From: Azospirillum sp.
GTDB taxonomy: Bacteria > Pseudomonadota > Alphaproteobacteria > Azospirillales > Azospirillaceae
Direction: 5' to 3'
Assembly (NCBI GenBank): GCA_031546725.1
Contig: JAVBJZ010000007.1
Span: 788 to 64,787, forward strand
DNA length: 64,000 bases
Made by a program: the position numbers and the translations under genes. Positions 38,888-49,294 of this stretch are shown here, in pieces; position 1 is the stretch's first letter; each line of letters begins with the position of its first letter. Under the pieces are notes generated by a model that was given only the letters and a program-made list of their open reading frames with translations, was not told the DNA's origin and made no database searches.

Positions 38888-39711
38888 CCCATGTATGGCT
38901 GAACGATGCGCTGGTGGCCGAGGAGCAAGCCCGCATCGCCCCCACCGACCGTGGTTTGCTGCTGGGCGATGGCCTGTTCGAGACACTGCGCGTCGCCTCC
39001 GGTCGGCCACGCCACCTGGAGCGCCATTTGGCGCGGCTGCGGGCCGGGGCGGCGGTTCTCGACATGCCGGTACCGCTCGATGATGCCGGCGTCGCGGCGG
39101 CCATGGCCGCCCTGCTGGAAGCGCGCGGCCTGAACGAGGCGTCGTTGCGCCTGACGCTGACGCGCGGCGCGGCCCCGCGCGGCTTGTTGCCGCCGTCTCA
39201 ACCGACGCCGACTCTGCTGATCACCGCCGCCCCCCTGCCCCCGCCGCTGCCGCCAGCGCGTGTCGTGGTGGCCACCGCCACCCGACGCAACGAGCACTCC
39301 CCCCTTGCGCGCATCAAATCGCTGAACTGTCTTGATAGTGTGCTTGCCCGGCAGGAGGCGGCGCGCCAGGGGGCCGATGACTCGCTGCTGCTCAACACCG
39401 CCGGGCGGGTGGCCGAAGCATCGGCCGCCAATCTGTTTCTGGTGCTTGACCGAACACTGATCACCCCACCGATAAGCGAAGGTGCGCTGCCCGGCGTGCT
39501 GCGCGCCGCCGTGATGGACGCCTTCGCCGTGGAGGAGCGCACGGTGTCGGTGGACGACGCCTTGCGGGCTGAAGAGCTTTTCCTGACCAGCAGCCTGGGC
39601 GTCCGACCGGTGATCGCCCTAAACGGCAGGCCGGTGCAGATGGGGGAATGGGCGGCGGTGATCGCGGTTGTGCTTAACGCTGAGACGGTGGCCCCCACCG
39701 CCGCCGAGTGA
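38884..39711 (+). CDS. pabC: class IV aminotransferase / aminodeoxychorismate lyase
   Basis: DRGLLLGDGLFET, IKSLN, EASAANLF, LPGVLR. ATGA-coupled to pabB. Confidence 0.88.
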   Translation: MTHVWLNDALVAEEQARIAPTDRGLLLGDGLFETLRVASGRPRHLERHLARLRAGAAVLDMPVPLDDAGVAAAMAALLEARGLNEASLRLTLTRGAAPRGLLPPSQPTPTLLITAAPLPPPLPPARVVVATATRRNEHSPLARIKSLNCLDSVLARQEAARQGADDSLLLNTAGRVAEASAANLFLVLDRTLITPPISEGALPGVLRAAVMDAFAVEERTVSVDDALRAEELFLTSSLGVRPVIALNGRPVQMGEWAAVIAVVLNAETVAPTAAE

Positions 39712-39723
39712 TGCGCAAGGGGA

Positions 39724-41154
39724 TCAATCGTCTGTGGCGAAGGGGTTCTTGCGTTTGCGCAGGACAAGACGAACCGGCACGCCGGGCAAGTCGAAGGCGT
39801 CGCGGAGGCCGGCGATCAGGTAGCGCTGATAGGCTTCCGGCAGATCGAGCGGCTTGTTCACGAACAGCGCGAAGGTCGGCGGACGGGCCTTCACTTGCGT
39901 CATGTAGCGAATCTTCAGCCGGCGCCCTTCCACCAGGGGCGGCGGGTGATGTTCCAGCACGCCTTCCAGCCAGCGGTTGAGCTGCGCGGTCGGTATGCGG
40001 CGGTTCCACACATCATAGGTCGCCAGCACCGCATCCAGCAGCGTGTCCAGCTTCTGCTGCTTGAGCGCGGAAATGGTGACGGCCTGCACACCCTTGGCCT
40101 GGGCGAACGATGCCTCGAGCCTGTCCTCAACCTGGCGGAGCGCCATGGCGCGATTCTCGACCGCATCCCATTTGTTGATCGCCAGAACCAGCGCCCGGCC
40201 TTCATCGAACACCGTGCGGGCGATGGTCAGATCCTGCTTGTCGAGACTCTGGTCGGGATCCACCACCAGCACCACGACCTGCGCCATGCGCACGACACGC
40301 AAAGCGTCGGCGACAGCCAGCTTCTCCACCTTCTCGTCGACACGGGCGCGACGGCGGATGCCGGCGGTGTCCACCAGGCGGAAGTTGCGGTTGCGCCATG
40401 TCCAGTCCACGGCGATGGCGTCGCGAGTCATGCCGGCCTCTGGGCCGGTCAGCACCCGCTCCTCACCGATCAGGCTGTTGAGCAGCGTGGACTTGCCGAC
40501 ATTCGGGCGGCCAACGATGGCGACCTGGATGGGCTTGACGCGCTCTTCCTCTGGCTCCGGCAGGTCGCCGATGCCTTCGATTTCCCCATCGGGGACCGCT
40601 GCCTTCACCGCCCCCTTGGGCGTGCTGCGACGCCGCCGTGGCGCCGGCTCCTGCTCCTCCTTGGGGGCGTAGGGCAGCAGCGCCTCGACCAGATCGGCCA
40701 TGCCCTCGCCATGCTCGGCGGAGAGCGGCACGGGATCGCCCAGGCCCAATTCGAACGCCTCATACAGGCCGGGCATGCCGGCCTTTCCTTCCGCCTTGTT
40801 GGCGACCAGGATGACAGGCGTCTTCGAGCGGCGCAGCAGCGTCGCGAAGTGACGGTCAAGCGGTGACACGCCGGCGCGGGCGTCGATCAGGAACAACGCC
40901 ACATCGGCGCGCACCAGCGCCTGTTCAGTCTGGCGGCGCATGCGCGCTTCCAGACTGTTGTCGGTCACATCCTCGAGACCGGCGGTGTCGACGATGGTGA
41001 AAGACAAGCCACCGACGAAGCCCTCAGCCGAGCGCCAATCGCGGGTCACCCCCGGCGTATCATCCACCAGCGCCAGCTTCTTGCCAGCCAAACGGTTGAA
41101 GAGCGTCGACTTGCCAACATTCGGGCGGCCAATAATGGCGACTGTAAACGGCAT
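39724..41154 (-). CDS. der: ribosome biogenesis GTPase Der/EngA
   Basis: Two G domains ([10 protein letters not shown] x2, DTAG x2), KH-like C-terminus. Confidence 0.97.
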   Translation of the reverse strand: MPFTVAIIGRPNVGKSTLFNRLAGKKLALVDDTPGVTRDWRSAEGFVGGLSFTIVDTAGLEDVTDNSLEARMRRQTEQALVRADVALFLIDARAGVSPLDRHFATLLRRSKTPVILVANKAEGKAGMPGLYEAFELGLGDPVPLSAEHGEGMADLVEALLPYAPKEEQEPAPRRRRSTPKGAVKAAVPDGEIEGIGDLPEPEEERVKPIQVAIVGRPNVGKSTLLNSLIGEERVLTGPEAGMTRDAIAVDWTWRNRNFRLVDTAGIRRRARVDEKVEKLAVADALRVVRMAQVVVLVVDPDQSLDKQDLTIARTVFDEGRALVLAINKWDAVENRAMALRQVEDRLEASFAQAKGVQAVTISALKQQKLDTLLDAVLATYDVWNRRIPTAQLNRWLEGVLEHHPPPLVEGRRLKIRYMTQVKARPPTFALFVNKPLDLPEAYQRYLIAGLRDAFDLPGVPVRLVLRKRKNPFATDD

Positions 41155-41181
41155 GCAGCCGGAAATCCTTAAACAAGCGGG

Positions 41182-42525
41182 TCAGCGAAAAGCGCTGAGC
41201 GTCCCATTGTCGCTCAACACATAAAGGGTATTGTTCGCAACGACCGGCGGCAAGTAGGTGGACGTCGGTAAACTGTAGCGCCCGACCTCCTTCCCGTTGG
41301 TCGGATCCAGCGCCGCCAGCACGCCATGCGACCCGGTCAGCCACAGCCGGTTGCCGGCCAGAACCGGCCCGGCCCAGGTGATGCCCCCCGTCTTGTCCTT
41401 GGGGTTCTTGAACACCTCAAGCTGACTGACCCAGCGCACGCCACCGGACTTGCGGGAGATCGCCAGCACCTCGTTATCATTGTCGACAACGAACAGAGTG
41501 TCGCCAGCCAGCCACGGAGTCTGCTTGCCGCCAACCTCGGCTTCCCACAAGCGGGCCCCCATGCGCTCATCCAACGCCACCATGCGGCCGGCATGACCGA
41601 TGGCGTAGACCTGACCACGGTCAATCACCGGCAGACCCTGAATATCGGTCATGCTGGCCAGCGCACCACCACGACGGATCATCGCCAGACTATCCTGCCA
41701 GGCGATCCGGCCATTCTCGATGCGCAGCCCAAACAACTCACCCGAGGAATACGGCGCCACCACCAGCGTCCCGCTGGCGGCTGGGCTGGACGATCCCAGC
41801 AGGCCGGCGTTTTCCAGAATACCGGAGTGATTCCACTTCACGGAGCCATCGTCGGCTGACAAGGCGAAGGCTTGGTTGTCGAGCGTCAGCACGAAGACGG
41901 CGCCGCTCATCACCGTGGGCGCGCCACGCACCGGCCCGGCGATATGCTTGCGCCACACCACAGCCCCGTTGGCCGGATCAAGCGCCAGCACCTCACCATA
42001 GCCGGTGGCGGCGAACAGCTTGCCATCGGCGAAGGCGACCCCGCCGCCCATGGAATCGCCACGGCGCTTTTCTGGCCGCACATCGACGCGCCAGAGCTGG
42101 CTGCCGGTGCGTTCATCGAGCGCGGCGATGTGGGCGTCGGCGTCCATGGCGTAGATGCGCCCCTGGGCGATCACCGGGGTGCTCAACAGCATCTCCGCGC
42201 TGCTGGAGCCGCTGCCGATGCTGGCGCGCCAGGCCTGGACAGGCGCCGCCGCCAGATCCAGGTGCCCCATCGCGTGGCTGGGATTGCCGCCAGCCTGCGC
42301 CCAGGCCTCATTCACCTGCGCCGCCGGCAGCACCACTCCTTCACCGGAAAGGCGTTGATCCGCTTCCACCTTGTGGCCGCTGACCAGCACGGAAACACGT
42401 TCACCAGGCAAGGGTGGCGCCGGAGTCTTGCTGAAGAAATCGCCAACGGTGTCGCAGCCGGCCAGCAACAGGCCAAGCAGGGATGTCGTGAGAAGGGCGC
42501 CGCAGCGACGGTTTGTCCAGGTCAT
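41182..42525 (-). CDS. bamB: PQQ-like beta-propeller lipoprotein (BamB-like)
   Basis: Lipobox LAGC, repeated W-containing propeller blades, yfgM-bamB-der synteny. Confidence 0.85.
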   Translation of the reverse strand: MTWTNRRCGALLTTSLLGLLLAGCDTVGDFFSKTPAPPLPGERVSVLVSGHKVEADQRLSGEGVVLPAAQVNEAWAQAGGNPSHAMGHLDLAAAPVQAWRASIGSGSSSAEMLLSTPVIAQGRIYAMDADAHIAALDERTGSQLWRVDVRPEKRRGDSMGGGVAFADGKLFAATGYGEVLALDPANGAVVWRKHIAGPVRGAPTVMSGAVFVLTLDNQAFALSADDGSVKWNHSGILENAGLLGSSSPAASGTLVVAPYSSGELFGLRIENGRIAWQDSLAMIRRGGALASMTDIQGLPVIDRGQVYAIGHAGRMVALDERMGARLWEAEVGGKQTPWLAGDTLFVVDNDNEVLAISRKSGGVRWVSQLEVFKNPKDKTGGITWAGPVLAGNRLWLTGSHGVLAALDPTNGKEVGRYSLPTSTYLPPVVANNTLYVLSDNGTLSAFR

Positions 42526-43169
42526 CAGCTCTTGCCGTATAGAGCGGCGAGTTCGGCGGCCCGTGAGCGTACGCCCGACGGAGCCAGCGAATCATCCGCA
42601 AGTTGCTGAAAGAGGGTGCGGGCGCGTTCGGTGTCGCCGGTGCGCACGGCGAGCAACGCCATCATCTCACGCGCCGAGAAGCGCCAAGCGTTGCCATCCG
42701 CCGTCAGCGGTTGCAGACGCGTTTGCAACGCGGCGGCGTCGCCGCCGCCAATCTGCTGGGTGATGGACAGCAAGACCGCGAGATCGCGGTAAGTGACGTC
42801 CACCTGGGCGTTGGCGGCGACAGAATCATAAATCGCCACGGCTTCGGCGCTCTTGCCTTCACCGACGTACAACGCCGCCTCGTTGAGGTGGGCCAACACC
42901 GCCAGTTCGGCGGGAGCCGTGAGCGCGTAGGAAGACAGCGCCTCGATCCCTTTGGCCGGGCTGGCCTGGGTCTGCGTCAAGGCGTTGACCAGTTGGCCCG
43001 TCACAGCTTCACGCTGCGACGTCCGCCAGCCCTGCCAAACCTGATAGCCGGCGGTGGCGGCGACGATCAGCACCGCCACGGCGCCAATGACGCCACCATA
43101 GCGCTTCGCCAACCGCGACATCCGATCGCGGCGGAGATCCTCGTCGACTTCTTGGAAAATGTCGCTCAT
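42525..43169 (-). CDS. YfgM-like TPR membrane protein
   Basis: MSDIFQEVDEDLRRDR, single TM, TPR-like helices; upstream of bamB-der. Confidence 0.88.
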   Translation of the reverse strand: MSDIFQEVDEDLRRDRMSRLAKRYGGVIGAVAVLIVAATAGYQVWQGWRTSQREAVTGQLVNALTQTQASPAKGIEALSSYALTAPAELAVLAHLNEAALYVGEGKSAEAVAIYDSVAANAQVDVTYRDLAVLLSITQQIGGGDAAALQTRLQPLTADGNAWRFSAREMMALLAVRTGDTERARTLFQQLADDSLAPSGVRSRAAELAALYGKS

Positions 43170-43364
43170 GGCTTAGACAGCGTCCTCATGGGGCAACCCG
43201 ATCAGATACCCAAGATGGAGTCTCAACAAAGGGTCCAGGTAGCAGAGGCCGGCACGCCCGGTCAAGGTCGCTCACCGTCCGTCACACTTATGATGGCGCA
43301 AAGGTCACACGCGCGCGGTGCGACGTCCGCCTGAACGCCACCGATTCACCAGACGCTGCATAAT

Positions 43365-43397
43365 AAAAAAACCTCCTCTTCCAGGATGGAAGAGGAG
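43365..43397 (-). terminator. Rho-independent terminator of the LuxR gene
   Basis: CTCCTCTTCCA-GGA-TGGAAGAGGAG hairpin; A7 at 43365-71 gives a U-tract on the minus strand. Confidence 0.75.
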
Positions 43398-43432
43398 ATT
43401 GAGAGACAAAACCGACTGTCAGAATGATTTCA

Positions 43433-44077
43433 TCAAGAAGCCATGGCCGCCGCCGTGATGACCGCCTGGGTCCGGTTCTTGACGCCTAATGATTTGAAGA
43501 TCGCGGTAACATGGATTTTAACCGTGCCTTCAGACAGGCCAAGCTCATAGGCGATCTGTTTGTTTGATTTGCCGGCGCTCAGGCACTCCAGCACCTCGCG
43601 CTGACGCTGGGTCAGGCCATAATTGCCGCCACGCCCGGTGGATTCGTCCGCATGGCGGTTCAGAGCATTATCGACACCAAAAGTGATGGCGCCCGGCGGC
43701 ACATAGATCCCGCCAGAGAACACCAGGTTAAGCGCGCCCATCATGACCTTTACGCTGCTCGATTTCGGGATGTAGCCCGTCACCCCATGGTCAAGCGCGT
43801 TGCGGATATCGCTGAGTGTCTCTGATGCGGAAATGACCACCACCGGCGTACCGGGCAGCAGGTTCTGCACCTCGCGCATGCCCTCGAAACCCGACCAACC
43901 GGGCATATGCAGATCCATCAGCACAATATCGAACGGCGCGCTGCTGCGGCATTGTTCAATTAGTTCACTGAAGGTTCCCGCCTCGAAGAACTCGGCATCA
44001 GCGTGCAACTGCTCAAGCAGACGGCGCAGGCCTTCGCGAAACAACAGATGGTCGTCACCGATCAGAATCTTCATCAT
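43433..44077 (-). CDS. NarL/LuxR family response regulator (resembles Azospirillum FlcA, from memory)
   Basis: Canonical REC (GDDH, LMDLHMP, SASE, YIPKS) plus LTQRQREVL..GKSNKQIA..LSEGTVKIH. Confidence 0.92.
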   Translation of the reverse strand: MMKILIGDDHLLFREGLRRLLEQLHADAEFFEAGTFSELIEQCRSSAPFDIVLMDLHMPGWSGFEGMREVQNLLPGTPVVVISASETLSDIRNALDHGVTGYIPKSSSVKVMMGALNLVFSGGIYVPPGAITFGVDNALNRHADESTGRGGNYGLTQRQREVLECLSAGKSNKQIAYELGLSEGTVKIHVTAIFKSLGVKNRTQAVITAAAMAS

Positions 44078-44795
44078 CCCCGCCTATCCTATTTTAACCC
44101 GACCAGATCGACCGGACGGTATTTATCCAAGTATCCCTTCTTGCTTGAAGGGACTGTGTATTTTGCCGACAGTATCGGCGTCTGTTGACAAGACAGCTAC
44201 CACAATCGATCGTGCCTAAATATATCAACAAGCGCCATAGAGCCTTTGCCGTCGGACCATTACCCTTGGTGGTCACGAACGTTACACTAACCAGAACAAA
44301 AGTCATAGGTAGTTTGTGACTTAAAATTATCACATACAAAAGTATGCATATAGAATAATGGAAATATTTGGTAGAAATAATCCATATTTGGCGTCGATAA
44401 AAATCATTATTCATAATTTTTAGAAAATTAGACACGACCTCCACAACAACCACGAATGTCGAGGCATAGCATAACCATGCGCATTGGTCATACCTCGACG
44501 CGCTCTTTTGCTCAATATCAGCACGGATGGAGTATCACAAGGAGATCAACTATCGCCAATAATCGTCGCCTTGACGATCTCGCATGACAAGCTATCGTTT
44601 AATTTACAAGGAAACAGTCAAAATTATAAAATCAAAATATGCCGGTATGTTCCTTTGCAGATTTATATAAGGCTTTCCTAAAAAATTATGGAAGACGACG
44701 GCATTTCTGCTGATCCCGATGCGGAAGGTGACTCGACAAGAAGCGGAGCCCGGAAAGGGGCCGCCCGTGGATGCCCCCAAGCCAGAGCTGACTCC

Positions 44796-45542
44796 ATGCA
44801 CCCAACCCATGAGCACGCGCCCGAGAAAGCATCGCCATCGTCCCGCAACGCGGTGAGCCCCATGCATGTCTGTCTCATTCTCGACAACAACGGCCTTACG
44901 GACACCGTCGTCCAGGCACTGGAAAAGGCGGGTCGGCACCGACTCACCGTCTTCCATACCCTGAGCGAACTGACGCAGAGCACGCTGACGCCCGACGCCA
45001 TCCTGATCGGCCTGCAACAGTTCACGGCGTTGCGGGAAAACGAGCCTATGGTGTACCTGCGCCTGTCACGGCGCTCGCGCATCGTCGTCGTCCTTTCGTC
45101 CCGTGAACTGCTGGACGCCGCCCATATCCTCGCCTTCGCCGACGCCTGGGTGTTCGAAGACATCAACGTCGATCGCATCAACGAACTGCTGGACCTCGGT
45201 CTGGAAGGGCATTGCCTGATGCCCAAGCAGTTCCTGTCGCGTCTTGGCGTGGATGAGATCCGACTCACTCTGCTGCCTCGCCTCTCGGCGCCGGAGTTTC
45301 AGACTCTGCGCCTGCTTGGACAGGGACTCAACAACCGCACCATCGCCAACGGACTGGAGTTATCCGAGGCGGTGATCAAATCGATGGTGCGCAGCGTCCT
45401 GTCCAAGCTGCATTTTCGCAACCGCACCGAAGCCGGCGTCTTCGCCGCACGCCAGCAGGGTGCGCTGCAATCGGCTCGGGACGGCGCGGTTCCGCCGATC
45501 GCCCAACCCCACCATCTCCCTCAGATCAGCCGTTTGGCCTGA
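44796..45542 (+). CDS. LuxR family regulator with pseudo-receiver domain
   Basis: HTH GLNNRTIA..LSEAVIKSMV..LHFRNRTEA; REC lacks the phospho-Asp (ILIGLQ) and Lys. Start uncertain (44688-44862). Confidence 0.85.
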   Translation: MHPTHEHAPEKASPSSRNAVSPMHVCLILDNNGLTDTVVQALEKAGRHRLTVFHTLSELTQSTLTPDAILIGLQQFTALRENEPMVYLRLSRRSRIVVVLSSRELLDAAHILAFADAWVFEDINVDRINELLDLGLEGHCLMPKQFLSRLGVDEIRLTLLPRLSAPEFQTLRLLGQGLNNRTIANGLELSEAVIKSMVRSVLSKLHFRNRTEAGVFAARQQGALQSARDGAVPPIAQPHHLPQISRLA

Positions 45543-45602
45543 GGCAAGGTGCGGTCACCGCAGTTTCGCTGCGACGACCGCACCGTCATCATACAGGAAG
45601 GA

Positions 45603-46295
45603 TCACTGGTGAACCGCCGCCGCGTTCACCACGGCGCCGCCGGCGAACTCGCCACCGATACCGTTGTTGAGCGCCCAGATGGCCGCCTGCGTGCGGTTGG
45701 AGGCGTTGATCTTGCGCAACAGGCTCTTGAGATGAACCTTGACGGTCGCTTCGGTGATGTTCAGATGGTTGGCGATCATCTTGTTGGAATCGCCATTGAG
45801 CAGGCAGCGCAGAATTTGCACCTCGCGCTGCGACAAGCCCTTGCGTGAGACCGGCATATCGGCGCCATTGCCGTTGACGCGCCCGCTGATCAACAGCGCC
45901 GCCAGATGCGTCGGGAACACCTTTTCCCCCATCATCACCAAACGCAGCGACTGCGCCAGCGCGTCCGAGGACAGGTCCTTCATCAAATAACCATCCGCAC
46001 CGGCTTCAAGCGCGTTGGCCAAACGGCGGGTGCACAACTCGCTGGTGAGAATGACCATGCGGGCCTCTGGCAGCACGGCGCGCAGACGGCGCATGCCCTC
46101 CGCCTCCTCATCGCCGCCGCTCACCAGATCGAGCAGAATCAACTGGGGGTGCGTACCGCCTTCAACCGCAGACACCGCCTCGCGCAAATTGCCGGCTTCG
46201 GCAACGATCTGAAAAGGCGAATCATCCAGGAGGCGCTTCAGACCCTCCCGAAAGAGCTTGTTCGAGTCGATCAGAAAGGCTCGTACTGGTTCCAT
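45603..46295 (-). CDS. NarL/LuxR family response regulator
   Basis: LILLDL, VILTSE, YLMKD; LSQREVQIL..GDSNKMIA..ITEATVKVH. Confidence 0.92.
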   Translation of the reverse strand: MEPVRAFLIDSNKLFREGLKRLLDDSPFQIVAEAGNLREAVSAVEGGTHPQLILLDLVSGGDEEAEGMRRLRAVLPEARMVILTSELCTRRLANALEAGADGYLMKDLSSDALAQSLRLVMMGEKVFPTHLAALLISGRVNGNGADMPVSRKGLSQREVQILRCLLNGDSNKMIANHLNITEATVKVHLKSLLRKINASNRTQAAIWALNNGIGGEFAGGAVVNAAAVHQ

Positions 46296-46762
46296 TGTCA
46301 ACTCCCGCGATATCCGGATATTTTCGCAAGTCCCCATCGGTACTTTTGCCGGTATCGGCTGCGTTCAGCCTCCCAACAGCGCCACTCCATCGCATCTTTG
46401 TGCCGATATTTTGGATGAAGATACCCCCGTGTCGCAGTTATCGATACCGCTCCGTGGTATTAATGGATGAACGCATTGGGTATATGCGTAAAGCTATTTA
46501 CAAAAATGGAACAGCCAATTGGCTTTCAAATGATCAGCAATCTCTTTACGTGTCAATTTTTTTGGGTCATCTTAACACTATATTGACAATATAATATCAT
46601 TTCTTAAGAAATTAACAAATTCCAAACACCCCAGAGTTACAAATAACCGAGTTCATGGCTATAAAAAGCGCACCCCCCACAAATTTGTTTACACTTTTCT
46701 TCCAAAAATAAGGCGTTCTTACGCTCAAGCCGCTATGCCTTTAGTCATAGGATTGTCATGGC

Positions 46763-47029
46763 TTGCATCGACGCAAGAGCTGGCGGCTCCCCAAACGCCC
46801 GGCGTATTGTCCAGCCGTCCGCGCTGGCCGCCAGCGCCTGTGGAGCATCATTGCGTTGGTTTGGAAAATTACCGGCCTGTTGGCCCTGGCCTATTTGCTT
46901 TTGCTGGCGCGCAGCGCCTGGAAGCAAGGGGAAATCCGTCAGTATCTCTGGAGCTTAGCCATCATCGCCGGGATCCTCGCCTTCATCACCGCAGCGCTGC
47001 TGTTCACGGTGATGGTGAGCAACCAGTAA
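46763..47029 (+). CDS. small two-TM membrane protein
   Basis: Two hydrophobic segments (WKITGLLALAYLLLLA; LWSLAIIAGILAFITAALLFTVMV); true start probably downstream of 46763. Confidence 0.5.
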   Translation: MHRRKSWRLPKRPAYCPAVRAGRQRLWSIIALVWKITGLLALAYLLLLARSAWKQGEIRQYLWSLAIIAGILAFITAALLFTVMVSNQ

Positions 47030-47070
47030 ACACGCCGCCGGCGCTGGTGCAGCCAGCGCCGGCGGCCGGA

Positions 47071-48585
47071 TCAGATTTGCGCACGCTCGTGAGCAAGCCG
47101 CATCAGCACGTACTGGCGCATCATCTGGTTGCGAAAACGGTAGCGAAAACGCCCAGGCTCGGGCACCGCCGCCAAGACATTGCCGTGGTCTTCATCGGAT
47201 AACCGCTTGAGCATCCCATCAAGATCGGCAAAGACCGGCATGCCCTCGGGACCGGTCAGTTCTTTGGGATCGAAAACGCCGTATTCATCGGCCGGGCATA
47301 ACGCGGCGGCGTGCAGCACATCTTCCAACTCGACACGCCGGGCGCCGGCAAGCGCCCGATTGTAAGAGTCGACGATACCGCGTTCCGCCTCTTGCAGGCA
47401 GCGATTGGCCGCGTAAGCAAGATCGACGCGCTCAACGGTCGTCGCCTCCCGGCTGATAGCGCTGCGCGCCGCGTGCAGACCAAGCAATTGCGCATAATAG
47501 GGCAGCCCACGGACAAACTCCGCGATGCGGCGGACCACATCCGGCGCGAAGCCGATCCCCGCGTTCTCCCCTCCGGCTTGAATCAACCGCTCGATCTCTT
47601 TGTCAGTCATCAAGGGCAGGTGCACGGGCGCCAGTGACCGCTGAATCGAGGGGTGCTTGCCAAGCAACTGGTCAAGATTTTCGGCCACGCCGACGATCAG
47701 CAAGGTTACGGAGATTGAGCTGTCAGTCAGGTTTTTCAGCATTTCCGCGAGCTTGTTGCGAAAATCCTCGTCGGTGATGCGGTCGTATTCGTCGAGAATC
47801 AGCAACGCATGCGTGCCGTAGATACCGGCAAGCACCTCGTTCAGCTCGGTGACGCTGAAGCTACCCTCTGGCAACAGCTCGTTGAAGCTGGTGAAGGTGC
47901 GGCGCGCCGCGAAGGGGTTATCCATCCCCGAGCGGTAGTAGGTGGAGGGAATGCGCCGCAGTAAATGACGAAAACTGTCCTCGAAGCTCAACTCGGCGCT
48001 GCATGTCAGCTTGAGCGCCAAATACCCGGCTTGCGCCGCGATCTGCTCGATGGCGTTGGCCACGGACGTCTTGCCACGACCACGGTCACCGAACAGGATG
48101 ACATGCGCCCGCTCTTCCTCGATGGCCGAGATGATGCGCTTGAGCGCGGCAGTGCGGCCAACGAACAAGGCGTTCAGCGCCTGCTTTGGCCGGGTTGGCG
48201 TGAACGCCTCGCGCAGGCGACCGTTCATTTCCGGCGTCAACCCGGTCAACAGCGCCGGCGCCGTGCCGCGCGGTCCTCGCAGGCCGGTGTTTACCGGCAT
48301 GGTGAAGCGCGGCAGGTCGTGATCACCGCCGCCGGAACCAGCGTCGCCGAGTTGTCGGCCATGCTGGGTCGGCGTCATTCCCGCTCCGGGCACCGCACGC
48401 AACCGTGGCGGCCCACCCATGCTGACAGGGGACCGCAGGGGCCCCGAGGGTGATCCTGGAGCCCCCATCCCGGTGAAGCCTGCCGGATTCTCGCCCTCCT
48501 TGGCGCCCGGGGCGTTGAGGCCCGGACCGCCCGTAGCATCGTCGTCCACACCGGCGCTGCGCCGTTTCCGAAAAAAATTCCGCAT
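47071..48585 (-). CDS. AAA+ ATPase (ORC/Cdc6-like) with low-complexity N-terminal extension
   Basis: LREAFTP..P, FVGR, Walker A GDRGRGKT, Walker B LILDEYD, PYYAQLLG. Alternative start 48651. Confidence 0.87.
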   Translation of the reverse strand: MRNFFRKRRSAGVDDDATGGPGLNAPGAKEGENPAGFTGMGAPGSPSGPLRSPVSMGGPPRLRAVPGAGMTPTQHGRQLGDAGSGGGDHDLPRFTMPVNTGLRGPRGTAPALLTGLTPEMNGRLREAFTPTRPKQALNALFVGRTAALKRIISAIEEERAHVILFGDRGRGKTSVANAIEQIAAQAGYLALKLTCSAELSFEDSFRHLLRRIPSTYYRSGMDNPFAARRTFTSFNELLPEGSFSVTELNEVLAGIYGTHALLILDEYDRITDEDFRNKLAEMLKNLTDSSISVTLLIVGVAENLDQLLGKHPSIQRSLAPVHLPLMTDKEIERLIQAGGENAGIGFAPDVVRRIAEFVRGLPYYAQLLGLHAARSAISREATTVERVDLAYAANRCLQEAERGIVDSYNRALAGARRVELEDVLHAAALCPADEYGVFDPKELTGPEGMPVFADLDGMLKRLSDEDHGNVLAAVPEPGRFRYRFRNQMMRQYVLMRLAHERAQI

Positions 48586-48832
48586 TGCCCCTGCTTCCCG
48601 ACCATCGTCACCAAGCGCCGGCTCCACCTCGTGAGAGCCGGCTCCATTCAAATATTTAAGGATGCCGAGGCGTGGGAGGGGCTGCGAAATCGGATATTAT
48701 ACTGATGCGGATATGGGTCTGCGTACTCTTCAATTCCTGAATATAATTTTTGGCAGAGAAATGTAGTTCTTTCCTTCTATTGATCGTCAAGCCGGCGCTT
48801 GCCCCGCAGCCGAAAGCCCAAGCTTAGCCCCA

Positions 48833-48931
48833 TCAAAGGCCAAGCGCGTAACCAAACAGCGTCCAAGCGTACAGCGTGGCCAGCAACGCGATCAGGGTGA
48901 ACATCTCTTTCAGAAACTCGAGCATCGGCAT
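48833..48931 (-). CDS. 32-aa single-TM small protein (below the ORF-track cutoff)
   Basis: MPMLEFLKEMFTLIALLATLYAWTLFGYALGL*, with GAGGA 8 nt before the ATG. Confidence 0.6.
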   Translation of the reverse strand: MPMLEFLKEMFTLIALLATLYAWTLFGYALGL

Positions 48932-49137
48932 GGCGCTGTTCCTCATATCGCGTGAGAGCGCCGAGGCTGACAGAACGAATTGCGAACTTCAAGCGTTAAG
49001 TTTCCTCTGTGTTCCCTATATCACCCCTTCTTGTGCCTGCATCCGCCATACCCCCTCGATGTGAGAGGAACGCCTGCGCTGCTGGCCGGACCTTCAACCA
49101 CGGGGTAACGAACTTTGCTGCAATGCGGCGGCCAATC

Positions 49138-49187
49138 TGGCATGCCATTTTGTCGTATCCTGCCATAATGGCATTGCGAAAATGCCG
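49138..49187. promoter_or_regulatory. candidate enhancer (UAS) for a sigma54 activator
   Basis: TGCCATTTTGTCG (49143), TGCCATAATGGCA (49161, palindrome), TGCGAAAATGCCG (49175); TGGCATGCCA palindrome at 49138. Confidence 0.5.
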
Positions 49188-49242
49188 CAGGCTACAGCCC
49201 CTTGCGGTAAGGTAGGTTATCTTTCGAAGTATCGTGGCGATT

Positions 49243-49258
49243 TGGCCCGGAACTTGCT
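49243..49258 (+). promoter_or_regulatory. sigma54 (-24/-12) promoter
   Basis: TGGCCCGGAACTTGCT: GG-N10-GC spacing, 1 mismatch to TGGCAC-N5-TTGCW; a sigma54 activator is encoded in the same locus. Confidence 0.75.
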
Positions 49259-49294
49259 GCTATTTAGGCGACCAAATCAGGAGTAACCGCCGCC

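Noticed and set aside
44315-44334. CRP/FNR-type site TGTGA...TCACA
   Set aside because: Spacer is 10 nt rather than 6, so it cannot be assigned.
46572-46615. CtrA boxes upstream of the third LuxR gene
   Set aside because: TTAA-N7-TTGA is mismatched and the other pair is N4; likely chance in an AT-rich stretch.
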